A stretch of 64,000 bases of DNA. It comes from Nitrosopumilus sp. GTDB taxonomy: Archaea; Thermoproteota; Nitrososphaeria; Nitrososphaerales; Nitrosopumilaceae. Positions within the stretch are counted from its first letter, which is position 1. Each line of letters opens with the position of its first letter. Under the pieces are notes generated by a model. The model was not told where the DNA came from and ran no database searches. It saw only the letters and a program-made list of their open reading frames with translations. Position numbers and translations under genes: made by a program. Of this stretch, positions 1 through 11,358 are shown piece by piece. The DNA lies in the NCBI GenBank assembly GCA_965207445.1, contig CBDBLX010000002.1, forward strand, positions 64,001-128,000. The letters are read 5' to 3'.

Positions 1-760
1 TGCATGTAAAGCCGGCGACGTCCCTCCACTACGAGCATTTCCAGTTGTGGCAAAAAGAATGAGGGACGCCATCATGTCGCACATACACGATCCGGTACAC
101 GCGGTAATTTCTGGGCACAATCCAGATGGAACTTCACTTCAGAAGCCACACCTAGCTATAATTCCCTTGGCAAATGTAGGATGGAAAAAATATTCTGACG
201 GGAGACTCTTGGGGCTTGCCATGATATTGCCTAGCACGTCCAAATATGGAAGTGTGGAAAGGAGGCAGTTGAAGGGTGCGGTAATTCAGTTTCTAAATTC
301 AAGCCAATCCAAGCCCGAAGAGGCCGGCACTCTGCAAATTGGCATGCACACAAAACTGCAGTTGAAGAGATACAATGGTGACAAAGCGTCTCTGCAATCA
401 GGGCGCTACATGCAGAGTAGTAAGACTTGGAATACCGTAACCCCGATCGTGCTGGACAAGCACCCAAAGAAGAATAAGAGCGCAGAGGACATAATATCTG
501 ACAGTTGTGAGAATGTGGAGCTACCAAGGCCAGTGTCGATCGAGATCTCCAGGTACTCGCGCGTGGTAGGCGCCTCCGCGGCGTTTACGGCAAAGAAATC
601 AAGTGACGGTTGGATGCCACCCAAGCGCGGAATGCTGGATAACAAATTCATATGCCACGCATCACTCAGATTTAATGACATGGTGCGCGGACCCGTGATT
701 ATAGGTTCCGGACGATATTATGGGTTAGGATTGTGTGTGAGACAAGGTGAGAGGGTGTAG
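1..760 (+). CDS. csb2: Type I-G Csb2 (Cas5/Cas6 fusion), C-terminal part; the frame is open back to the window start
   Basis: Motifs HLAIIPL, TWNTVTPIVLD and a Gly-rich Cas6-type C-terminus (GPVIIGSGRYYGLGLC). The stop overlaps the cas3 start. Confidence 0.88.
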   Translation, partial: ACKAGDVPPLRAFPVVAKRMRDAIMSHIHDPVHAVISGHNPDGTSLQKPHLAIIPLANVGWKKYSDGRLLGLAMILPSTSKYGSVERRQLKGAVIQFLNSSQSKPEEAGTLQIGMHTKLQLKRYNGDKASLQSGRYMQSSKTWNTVTPIVLDKHPKKNKSAEDIISDSCENVELPRPVSIEISRYSRVVGASAAFTAKKSSDGWMPPKRGMLDNKFICHASLRFNDMVRGPVIIGSGRYYGLGLCVRQGERV

Positions 761-3651
761 TGAGCCTCTCAACATCAGACTTTAGTGCATTTTTTAAGGA
801 GGTGCATGATGGGCTCGAACCGTTCAGGTGGCAGGCGGCGCTGGCCAAAAAGGTGTGCCATACAGGCGAATGGCCCGAAGGGTTGAATCTCCCAACCGGT
901 TCCGGAAAAACGTCCGTGATTGACGTGGCCGTCTTTCACTTGGCACAGGAGGCCGCCAAAAAGCAAGACAGGAATGCGCCAATCAGGATAGTATTTGTGG
1001 TGGATCGGCGCCTTGTTGTGGATGATGTGTTTGAACATGCGTCCAGGATAGCAACAAAGATACAAGAGTCAAACGGTCCGGTTACTAAAAAAGTCGCAGA
1101 GGCATTAAGTATGCTATCGACAACCGGCGAGCCCTTACGCGTAGTCAAAATAAGAGGTGGTATGGTGCAAGAGCCAGACTGGGCCAAGACTCCTGCGCAA
1201 CCCTTGATTATAGTATCCACGATAGACCAAGCAGGATCAAGATTACTGTTTAGGGGATATGGGGTGTCGCAATCGATGAGGCCGGTTCACGCAGGCCTTT
1301 TGGGAACCGATGTATTGTACATTTTAGATGAGGCACATACGTCCCAGCCCTTTTGTGACACTATGAAAAAAGTGCGCCAGATAATGCAATCCAATAACGT
1401 ATTACGGCCGTTCAAATTCGTGTCAATGAGTGCGACTCTCCCGAGTGGGAGTTTGTTCCCTCCTGAAAACTCAAACATGTTATCAGGCGACAGTTGTTTA
1501 CAAAAGAGAATGTCGGCCCACAAGTATGCAAAGTTAGAAAAGACAAACACAAGCCAGCAGTACGACAAGTTTGTTAAATTTGCGCTGGATCTCGCCGGAC
1601 CAGACGATGTCAAGAGTGTAGGTATCGTGGTCAATAGGGTGGGTGCGGCGCGGCGCATTTTTTTGCAGATGCGGGAAAAATTAAAAGGACATAGTCTTGG
1701 CGAGTGTGAGGTGCATCTTCTCATAGGCAGGGCACGTCCACTAGAACGCGACATGTTTGTAAAAAACAAACTAAATCAAATACGTAACGAGGCCAATGTC
1801 ACAGTAGATAAGATATTTTTTGTCGCGACCCAGTGCATAGAAGTTGGTGTGGACGTGAGTTTTGATGCACTTGTAACTCAGATTGCCCCCATAGACTCAC
1901 TGCGCCAGCGCTTTGGCCGTCTGAACCGAATAGGAAAGTTTGAAGAGAGTAAGGCAGTTATCGTGGCTGTTGGAAACGAGATATTAACAAAAAACAAGAG
2001 CGATCCCATATATGGAGACGTTCTACCACTTGCTTGGAAGTACCTATGTGATTTAAGAAACGAAAATGATGAGATTGATTTTGGTATAAAATATTTTAAT
2101 CCAAAAGAACCCAAAGTTTCGGCTCCAAGGCCGAACTCCGTCACCTTGTTCCCATCCTACGTCGATTTGTGGGCACAGACTCGGCCTCCACCTCACCCAG
2201 ATCCGGCCCCACAATTCTTCCTGCACGGGAAAGACACAAAGTCTCCCGACGTCCAAGTCATATGGAGGACAGACATTATACTAGAATCAGAACGATATCA
2301 TCAGACACTTGTAAGTCCACCATCACAACTTGAGGCGGTATCCATCCCCATCTGGACCGTAAAGAAGTGGCTTTCCAAGAAAACGGACGGGATGGTGGGT
2401 GACGTTGAGGGGGTACCAGAACCAGAAGAAGATAATGATAGTCGAGTGTCAAGTAGGAAGGTATTATTGTGGCATGGGAAAAAAAGCCCGCGAACCAAGA
2501 TTGGGGATTCAAAAGATATAATCCCAGGAGATACGATCATAGTGCCATCTTCATACGGTGGGTGTGACAAGTACGGGTGGGACGACAACAGCTCAGACGA
2601 GGTGAAAGACATAGGTACAGAGTCCAATCTGGTTCAAAGAAGGCGCATAACCCTCAGGCTTAATGAACAGATGATTAAATCTGTATGCGGCCATGAGATG
2701 TGGTCCCAGGTACAAAAAATTACAGAAAAATATGCAGAGTCTCCCGATTATGATGAGATGATCTCTAGTCTGCGCGACATGGTGGGCATTCCCAAGACGT
2801 GGGGGCGCATGTTAGACATAATGAGTCGGGATGTGAGTCTAGTAGGGGTCGAAAAGACATCAGAGGGTGACGAGACATGGATAACAGGAATAACATACAA
2901 GAAAAAGATCCAACTGCCAGAGATCGATGATATTTTTTCTGACAGTGACGAAGTTGGGATTCATGAAAGCGCAAAACATGAAAACACCCACTCAGAGTCA
3001 TCTACCGACGAGGAACACGAGTCCGGCTCGGGTGTGAAAACCGTCAGTTTAATCCACCACAGTGAGGGAGTCCGGGAACATGTGAATATGTTTGGCACTC
3101 ACATAGGACTGGATAGTGCCATACTTGACGACGTAAAGATAGCCGCGTTCTTGCACGACTCCGGCAAGGCAGAAAAGAGGGTGCAAGCGCTACTACGCAA
3201 ACAAGACTCTGACGAGTTATACGATCATAATTTACTCGCGAAGGGAATTTCAAGTACAGATAGTTTGGAAGAATACAACAAGTGCCTAGACAGGGCGCAT
3301 CTACCAAGGGGATACAGGCATGAATGTTGGTCTGTAAATCTCGCAAAAAACCACCCAAACATCGGTAGTGCAAACGATCACGAGTTAGTTCTGTACCTGA
3401 TAGGAACACACCACGGGTATGGAAGACCGTGGTTTCCAGCAATAAACGACGTCCACTATGACGGCACAGATGTGTTTTTGTTTGATGGTGTAGAGGCCAA
3501 GTCCGATTACGAGACTACAAGTATTGATTCCGGATGGATAGACATGGTCAATCGACTAGGACATAGATACGGTTGGTGGCAGCTTGCGTACTTGGAGATG
3601 TTGCTACGACTTGCGGATCACCGCCAGTCTGAAAAGGAGCAGAAGACATGA
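760..3651 (+). CDS. cas3: Type I-G Cas3: SF2 helicase with C-terminal HD nuclease
   Basis: Walker A LPTGSGKT, VDRR, DEAH, SAT and QRFGRLNR motifs; C-terminal HD domain (HDSGK, HHGYGRP, LRLADH). Helicase-then-HD order is typical of I-G. Confidence 0.95.
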   Translation: MSLSTSDFSAFFKEVHDGLEPFRWQAALAKKVCHTGEWPEGLNLPTGSGKTSVIDVAVFHLAQEAAKKQDRNAPIRIVFVVDRRLVVDDVFEHASRIATKIQESNGPVTKKVAEALSMLSTTGEPLRVVKIRGGMVQEPDWAKTPAQPLIIVSTIDQAGSRLLFRGYGVSQSMRPVHAGLLGTDVLYILDEAHTSQPFCDTMKKVRQIMQSNNVLRPFKFVSMSATLPSGSLFPPENSNMLSGDSCLQKRMSAHKYAKLEKTNTSQQYDKFVKFALDLAGPDDVKSVGIVVNRVGAARRIFLQMREKLKGHSLGECEVHLLIGRARPLERDMFVKNKLNQIRNEANVTVDKIFFVATQCIEVGVDVSFDALVTQIAPIDSLRQRFGRLNRIGKFEESKAVIVAVGNEILTKNKSDPIYGDVLPLAWKYLCDLRNENDEIDFGIKYFNPKEPKVSAPRPNSVTLFPSYVDLWAQTRPPPHPDPAPQFFLHGKDTKSPDVQVIWRTDIILESERYHQTLVSPPSQLEAVSIPIWTVKKWLSKKTDGMVGDVEGVPEPEEDNDSRVSSRKVLLWHGKKSPRTKIGDSKDIIPGDTIIVPSSYGGCDKYGWDDNSSDEVKDIGTESNLVQRRRITLRLNEQMIKSVCGHEMWSQVQKITEKYAESPDYDEMISSLRDMVGIPKTWGRMLDIMSRDVSLVGVEKTSEGDETWITGITYKKKIQLPEIDDIFSDSDEVGIHESAKHENTHSESSTDEEHESGSGVKTVSLIHHSEGVREHVNMFGTHIGLDSAILDDVKIAAFLHDSGKAEKRVQALLRKQDSDELYDHNLLAKGISSTDSLEEYNKCLDRAHLPRGYRHECWSVNLAKNHPNIGSANDHELVLYLIGTHHGYGRPWFPAINDVHYDGTDVFLFDGVEAKSDYETTSIDSGWIDMVNRLGHRYGWWQLAYLEMLLRLADHRQSEKEQKT

Positions 3652-4559
3652 GTAAAGACGTCGAGATGCGCGGGTTTGACGGCCACAACCTACTCGCATT
3701 TCTTGCTCTGTTGGGATTGTTGACCGCACTTGGCAGATCGCGTCCGGAGTGGAACCCACGCGCGTCTTGGGCGGGAGTAACACCACACCTGCACATATCA
3801 ACTGAGGCAAACCAGGAACAGATCGTCCGAGAAGTTCTCAAAGGCATAAGTGAAATCGGAGGCCTAATGAAGTTCAGTCCGCTCAAGAACCTGAAACTTA
3901 CGCATGAAGAATTTAGCAAGTTACAGGAGCGAATATCACCGGAAATTATGGTGGCACTTGGATCCGATGGGGCTGCAGATGATACAGGTAAAGTCCTGTA
4001 TCCTCCTTTGTGTACCATGCTTGGTAGTGGGAAGCAGAATTTTTTGGAGCGGCTTGAGAATGCCACATGTGTCGACTATGATGAGGGTGATAAAAATATT
4101 GAAAAAATAAAAAACGTATTGTTTGAAAAATGGGAATACAAGGATAAAGAATCAAAGATTACGTTTCGGTGGGATCCCAAGGAGTATCGACCGCATGCAT
4201 ATCGTGCGAAAAACCCAAGTATTGAGAAATTTTCTGCAATTGATGGCGCGAATCGACTGGCAGCAGTGGGCTTTATCAACTACTGGTGCGTTCCAACCAA
4301 AAATAAGCTAAGTACGGTTGCGTGTAAAAGAGATGGTAAGACTTGGAGTACATTCTGGCCAATTTGGACGAAAAAGATGACACTCGGCTCAATACGCGCA
4401 CTCATGTGTAGTCAATATATGGCCAGCATACAGAACAATAAACTTACCCGTGATGAAGAGCTAAGTTTAAAGGCAATGGGAGTGACTCAAGTCATAAAAG
4501 CCCATATATTTTGGGATGAAAAGTTCCGTAACGTTACATGGGGAGAGCGAGTTTTTTAG
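3648..4559 (+). CDS. cas8g: Type I-G large subunit Cas8g (Cas8u, short Csb3-like form)
   Basis: Overlaps the cas3 stop (ATGA). N-terminal LLAFLALLGL, GSGKQNF, RWDP and GANRLAA motifs; position in a csb2-cas3 operon. Confidence 0.72.
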   Translation: MSKDVEMRGFDGHNLLAFLALLGLLTALGRSRPEWNPRASWAGVTPHLHISTEANQEQIVREVLKGISEIGGLMKFSPLKNLKLTHEEFSKLQERISPEIMVALGSDGAADDTGKVLYPPLCTMLGSGKQNFLERLENATCVDYDEGDKNIEKIKNVLFEKWEYKDKESKITFRWDPKEYRPHAYRAKNPSIEKFSAIDGANRLAAVGFINYWCVPTKNKLSTVACKRDGKTWSTFWPIWTKKMTLGSIRALMCSQYMASIQNNKLTRDEELSLKAMGVTQVIKAHIFWDEKFRNVTWGERVF

Positions 4560-4568
4560 TGCAATATA

Positions 4569-4603
4569 ATTTCAATGAGTCATAATTTGTTAGTTGTAGA
4601 AAT
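4569..4603 (-). repeat. Degenerate terminal (trailer-end) CRISPR repeat
   Basis: ATTTCAATGAGTCATAATTTGTTAGTTGTAGAAAT aligns to the consensus at both ends (TTCAATG...GTTG..GAAAT) and lies one spacer length before the first intact repeat. Confidence 0.75.
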
Positions 4604-4639
4604 ATAGGATTTTGTTTATGCTCTCGAGTCCGGGGCGAT

Positions 4640-7600
4640 GCTTCAATGGGGCCGCAACTTTTGCGTTGCGGAAATAACAGTGTTCATATATTTTGACGCC
4701 GCCTCCATGACCGCTTCAATGGGGCCGCAACTTTTGCGTTGCGGAAATTTGTCTTGGATGTTTATGATAAATTCATTATGTATGCTTCAATGGGGCCGCA
4801 ACTTTTGCGTTGCGGAAATTTACGCCACCTCAGCAGCACTCACCACTCACGATGCATCTTCAATGGGGCCGCAACTTTTGCGTTGCGGAAATTATTGTGA
4901 ATTAAACATACCATATATTAAACTCAACTCTTCAATGGGGCCGCAACTTTTGCGTTGCGGAAATCTAATCTAGAAATTTTTGTAACTTTTTTAATATATC
5001 TGCTTCAATGGGGCCGCAACTTTTGCGTTGCGGAAATATAAAAAATAATATCGTATATAATAATTAAATGTTAAGCTTCAATGGGGCCGCAACTTTTGTG
5101 TTGCGGAAATCATCTGCTTTGAGCTTGACAGACTGCTGAAAAAAGACGCTTCAATGGGGCCGCAACTTTTGTGTTGCGGAAATAGATGTACGTTCGGCAA
5201 ATACTCTCTCACCATTATACGCTTCAATGGGGCCGCAACTTTTGCGTTGCGGAAATTCACGACAATCTCAATACGTAGAAGAGAAGGCACCGGGCTTCAA
5301 TGGGGCCGCAACTTTTGTGTTGCAGAAATGTGTCTATACGTGTATATCTTATCTTGCTCAATTTTGCTTCAATGGGGCCGCAACTTTTGTGTTGCGGAAA
5401 TGTGTCTATACGTGTATATCTTATCTTGCTCAATTTTGCTTCAATGGGGCCGCAACTTTTGTGTTGCGGAAATTGCCATGGGATCATAATACACACCTGC
5501 CACCCCGTAGCTTCAATGGGGCCGCAACTTTTGTGTTGCGGAAATTCACGACAATCTCAATACGTGGAAGAGAAGGCACCGGGCTTCAATGGGGCCGCAA
5601 CTTTTGTGTTGCGGAAATTAACATCGGTGAGAAAACTATGATTACACCTGACATGCTTCAATGGGGCCGCAACTTTTGTGTTGCGGAAATCGTGACCGAA
5701 CATCATGTCTACTAACTCGGCTTGCATACTTCAATGGGGCCGCAACTTTTGTGTTGCGGAAATCAAATTTTGAATTTGCTCATGACGCAACAATATCAAG
5801 ACTTCAATGGGGCCGCAACTTTTGTGTTGCGGAAATGTCACTGCCTGGTATTACTCTGTCTGAATTTGTGACGCTTCAATGGGGCCGCAACTTTTGTGTT
5901 GCGGAAATGAAACCCTATGTATGAAGGGTAAGTCATTATCGACGTTGCTTCAATGGGGCCGCAACTTTTGTGTTGCGGAAATAATCACAAGACAGGTGGA
6001 CACCAACAAGATCGAGCCGCTTCAATGGGGCCGCAACTTTTGTGTTGCGGAAATCAACCACACCCACACCACCTACCACTAAGGAGACGGGCTTCAATGG
6101 GGCCGCAACTTTTGTGTTGCGGAAATCACAATTGCGGGTCTTCGTTTGTCTGTCCCATGTATGCTTCAATGGGGCCGCAACTTTTGTGTTGCGGAAATCT
6201 AGTTGTTGCTGTAACAAAAAGCGGTAAAACCGTAGCTTCAATGGGGCCGCAACTTTTGTGTTGCGGAAATCTAGTTGTTGCTGTAACAAAAAGCGGTAAA
6301 ACCGTAGCTTCAATGGGGCCGCAACTTTTGTGTTGCGGAAATGACTACAAAAAATACATATTTTGGCATGTATACTGGTGCTTCAATGGGGCCGCAACTT
6401 TTGTGTTGCGGAAATCGCTTCATGACGGGCCAACATGTCAGCGTGACCAACGCTTCAATGGGGCCGCAACTTTTGTGTTGCGGAAATCTATAAAGGTATC
6501 AAGTGTTTGTCCTATTGCTGGTAGCTTCAATGGGGCCGCAACTTTTGTGTTGCGGAAATCAATGATGGTAATTTTCCGTCAGTATCTGCCGCAGTTGCTT
6601 CAATGGGGCCGCAACTTTTGTGTTGCGGAAATTCGCCCCTTTTGTACGCCCAATTCGGCTTTCTCAACTTTGCTTCAATGGGGCCGCAACTTTTGTGTTG
6701 CGGAAATACGCTTATCATTTGGCACACCACACCCACCATAATCGCTTCAATGGGGCCGCAACTTTTGTGTTGCGGAAATATTGGGCAGCGGCGGCGGCAA
6801 TGCAAACAAAAGAGTGCTTCAATGGGGCCGCAACTTTTGTGTTGCGGAAATCAAGACGCAAAAAAATGGATTGCTTTTGTGTCAAAGCTTCAATGGGGCC
6901 GCAACTTTTGTGTTGCGGAAATCTGAGGAGGACTACAAACGACTAAAACAATACGTAATGCTTCAATGGGGCCGCAACTTTTGTGTTGCGGAAATCTGAT
7001 GCTGGCAAATTAGAGATCAGACTAGCCGCGATGCTTCAATGGGGCCGCAACTTTTGTGTTGCGGAAATTACATCATGTATTACCACCTGTAACCCCGTCG
7101 TTTGTAGCTTCAATGGGGCCGCAACTTTTGTGTTGCGGAAATATATACAAGAAACTATTCAAGTGTATAACGCCATATTGCTTCAATGGGGCCGCAACTT
7201 TTGTGTTGCGGAAATAGGGGCGTCAGACAGATTCTGCACGGACTGCCGTGGTGCTTCAATGGGGCCGCAACTTTTGTGTTGCGGAAATGTGACCTCAGTT
7301 GCGGAATTGTCAACTGTACTGTTGCTTCAATGGGGCCGCAACTTTTGTGTTGCAGAAATTCCCCCAAGAAGCAATGGCAACCGGCAACGACTATCTGCTT
7401 CAATGGGGCCGCAACTTTTGTGTTGCGGAAATATGGAATTACAGCGGGAGGCAAACACTGCCATAATCGCTTCAATGGGGCCGCAACTTTTGTGTTGCGG
7501 AAATGTTTTTTCTTTGATGACTTCTAAAAAACCAAAGACATGCTTCAATGGGGCCGCAACTTTTGTGTTGCGGAAATCGAGTCGGGATCAAATGGAATCT

Positions 7601-10600
7601 CCACAGGTTCAGGCTTCAATGGGGCCGCAACTTTTGTGTTGCGGAAATTGCTGTGCGGAATCAGAAATGCGCATATATCAGACGGGCTTCAATGGGGCCG
7701 CAACTTTTGTGTTGCGGAAATATGGAATTACAGCGGGAGGCAAACACTGCCATAATCGCTTCAATGGGGCCGCAACTTTTGTGTTGCGGAAATGTTTTTT
7801 CTTTGATGACTTCTAAAAAACCAAAGACATGCTTCAATGGGGCCGCAACTTTTGTGTTGCGGAAATCGAGTCGGGATCAAATGGAATCTCCACAGGTTCA
7901 GGCTTCAATGGGGCCGCAACTTTTGTGTTGCGGAAATTGCTGTGCGGAATCAGAAATGCGCATATATCAGACGGGCTTCAATGGGGCCGCAACTTTTGTG
8001 TTGCGGAAATTAAACCCCTTGCTAAATATTAACAGTGCAGATAATAGCTTCAATGGGGCCGCAACTTTTGTGTTGCGGAAATTTAGTGTCCGCCGTTAAT
8101 GTGGCCGTAGTCGTAGCCGCTTCAATGGGGCCGCAACTTTTGTGTTGCGGAAATATAGAAAGCCATTGCGTAATAATCAGAATTATCACCTGCTTCAATG
8201 GGGCCGCAACTTTTGTGTTGCGGAAATTATACCGCGCCCTGCCAATATAATGAATATACATGCCGCTTCAATGGGGCCGCAACTTTTGTGTTGCGGAAAT
8301 CATTACGTCTACGGTATTCATCAGCATCTCACCTACGCTTCAATGGGGCCGCAACTTTTGTGTTGCGGAAATCAGGCACCACGCTTGTGGCGGCAAAAAG
8401 TTTAGGCAGGCTTCAATGGGGCCGCAACTTTTGTGTTGCGGAAATCACGGCAAGCACCACTATCATTATAATTGCAGGCCAAACCTTCAATGGGGCCGCA
8501 ACTTTTGTGTTGCGGAAATCGAGGGACGACACAAGCCAAACTACTTCCCAAGATTATCCTTCAATGGGGCCGCAACTTTTGTGTTGCGGAAATACGGGCC
8601 GTCAAACCCGTGTAGAGTTCATGATCGTTCCTTCAATGGGGCCGCAACTTTTGTGTTGCGGAAATTACTGTACTTTGAAATTTACGCCACGTGTGTGAGG
8701 TACCTTCAATGGGGCCGCAACTTTTGTGTTGCGGAAATCCACTGCCAAGAGTTGTATTACTTCCAAATTTCTTACCTTCAATGGGGCCGCAACTTTTGTG
8801 TTGCGGAAATCCCTCCCAGTCCTCATAGTCGGCATCAAATATGCACACCTTCAATGGGGCCGCAACTTTTGTGTTGCGGAAATTCTACTAGAAGCAAGGC
8901 AGGCCTTAAAGATAGAGCTACCTTCAATGGGGCCGCAACTTTTGTGTTGCGGAAATTTAAAATAGAGATTTCATCGCATGAAGCCCGTGCGTTCCTTCAA
9001 TGGGGCCGCAACTTTTGTGTTGCGGAAATTATGATAATATTGTGGTTCTTTTTTGCATGTTTGGGTCCTTCAATGGGGCCGCAACTTTTGTGTTGCGGAA
9101 ATACCCAAATCAAACAATAATTGAACGGTGTAATTTAGATCCTTCAATGGGGCCGCAACTTTTGTGTTGCGGAAATCAAAAGCCACAGTATATGTAAGTG
9201 GTTCGTTATATAGCCTTCAATGGGGCCGCAACTTTTGTGTTGCGGAAATCTTTTGTGCAGATAAAGGTATTACATGGCATACAGTCCTTCAATGGGGCCG
9301 CAACTTTTGTGTTGCGGAAATTTGATATCACGTCCATCCCCGGTATGAGGTCTACTCCTTCAATGGGGCCGCAACTTTTGTGTTGCGGAAATGGTGTTCA
9401 TGAATGATAGTGAGGCCCCTATTACCGTTCCTTCAATGGGGCCGCAACTTTTGTGTTGCGGAAATCAGTAAAACAGAGAAACGACGCAAGCCAAGCAGGC
9501 CCTTCAATGGGGCCGCAACTTTTGTGTTGCGGAAATCCCCACATAGTGGTTATACTTCTCCTCTAGTCAATCACCTTCAATGGGGCCGCAACTTTTGTGT
9601 TGCGGAAATCTAGTGACTATGATACTATTGAACAGTATTATGGCCCTTCAATGGGGCCGCAACTTTTGTGTTGCGGAAATCTGCCACCCTCATATCTATT
9701 CTTGTGATGTTCGTTGTGCCTTCAATGGGGCCGCAACTTTTGTGTTGCGGAAATCATGTGGGTAGTTTTACCACTATTATCAATACCCTCACCTTCAATG
9801 GGGCCGCAACTTTTGTGTTGCGGAAATCGTCAATATCTCCTTTATCGACGCGGCCGGGTGTCAACCTTCAATGGGGCCGCAACTTTTGTGTTGCGGAAAT
9901 AAGTCCATAAATGGTGTAAATGTATGCAGGTATTATGCCCTTCAATGGGGCCGCAACTTTTGTGTTGCGGAAATCTAGGCCTAATTGACGTAACATCTTA
10001 AACATATCAGACCTTCAATGGGGCCGCAACTTTTGTGTTGCGGAAATTGGATATTACAGTTTCTTGATCTGTAGAGTTGACATATCCTTCAATGGGGCCG
10101 CAACTTTTGTGTTGCGGAAATTTCTCTAGGGGAATTGTATACTCTGGATTGCGATCAGGCCTTCAATGGGGCCGCAACTTTTGTGTTGCGGAAATTACAT
10201 AATGACCACTGGCAAGTCACTGTACAAAAGGCACCCTTCAATGGGGCCGCAACTTTTGTGTTGCGGAAATTTGAATCAATATTTAGATATTTAACCGCTT
10301 GCTTGACCTTCAATGGGGCCGCAACTTTTGTGTTGCGGAAATACATGTGTGTATTATTGCTCAGTTGACTGTTTATTTCCTTCAATGGGGCCGCAACTTT
10401 TGTGTTGCGGAAATAGGACAAGATATTGAGTATAAGCAATTATACCTTAGCCTTCAATGGGGCCGCAACTTTTGTGTTGCGGAAATTCATTTTACTGCAC
10501 AATATGTGCACACAATTGTAACCTTCAATGGGGCCGCAACTTTTGTGTTGCGGAAATTCATCACATGAGGGTTCAGTCTCATCGAGGTGGCCGTTCCTTC

Positions 10601-10678
10601 AATGGGGCCGCAACTTTTGTGTTGCGGAAATTTGCGGAATTATCCACAGTGTTATTAAATTTGTCACCTTCAATGGGG
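4640..10678 (-). CRISPR. CRISPR array, leader-distal part: 83 intact repeats plus the left piece of the IS-split repeat
   Basis: + strand repeat (G/C)CTTCAATGGGGCCGCAACTTTTG(T/C)GTTGCGGAAAT, 36 bp, with a CCGCAAC/GTTGCGG hairpin; spacers about 35-39 bp. Minus-strand transcription is inferred from the ATTGAAG(C/G) 3' end and the degenerate repeat on the left. Confidence 0.98.
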
Positions 10679-11086
10679 GTAACAGTTCAACCCCTATTTT
10701 GTAAGTAGTCATGCAGATACAGCAATAGCGATCACCGATCATTACTGTGATCGAATTTACGTAAATCTAAATGATAAACACGACGATATGTGAGAAAGTG
10801 CTCAAAATGTTGAAAACACGTTTGATTATTTTTTGCATCTAGGCAGGAAATTACTCAACTAATTGACCTGTGGTCAGCTTTTGACATTGCGGCCTGTTAA
10901 ATACATATTTTTCTACTTATCATTGTACTCGAAAATGATAAGTAGAAAATCTATTGATATTGTATTGCAAAAACAGTATTTAGACTATTTTAACCACAAT
11001 AATGAAAATTTACATAATTGTGTACATGGTGTACGCAAACACAGTTGTGCGGTGGGTAGCAAAATCATCAGAGGTGGTGTGTTGCA

Positions 11087-11356
11087 ATGATCTCAGAGAT
11101 GGCCACACTGCGCAAAGAAATTCATACATTGCACTCACAGTTGGATTCTGCAAATGATACGATACGCAACAATTCTGCTGAATTAGAGAAGAGTCATCTA
11201 GAGACGGCTACTGCGCGAGCAGAGATTGCGGTATTAGAAGAGAAATACTCCAAAATGTCTGCCAAAAACAAGCAGCTTGAGGATACAATAAAGCAACAGC
11301 AACAGCCACAATTGCAGTCAGGAATGCATAGTTTTGAGAGAGTCAGGAATGCATAG
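11087..11356 (+). CDS. Coiled-coil ORF inside the IS66 element, probably the detached N-terminal leucine-zipper part of the transposase
   Basis: Heptad-rich sequence that ends within a 25-bp tandem duplication (11316-11365) just before the transposase ORF. Confidence 0.55.
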   Translation: MISEMATLRKEIHTLHSQLDSANDTIRNNSAELEKSHLETATARAEIAVLEEKYSKMSAKNKQLEDTIKQQQQPQLQSGMHSFERVRNA

Positions 11357-11358
11357 TT

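Noticed and set aside
9828..9864. Spacer whose reverse complement encodes LTPGR, as in the HsdM C-terminus (possible self-targeting)
   Set aside because: The match is only five codons with several mismatches and then diverges. I spotted no convincing self-targeting spacer, though no exhaustive search was possible.
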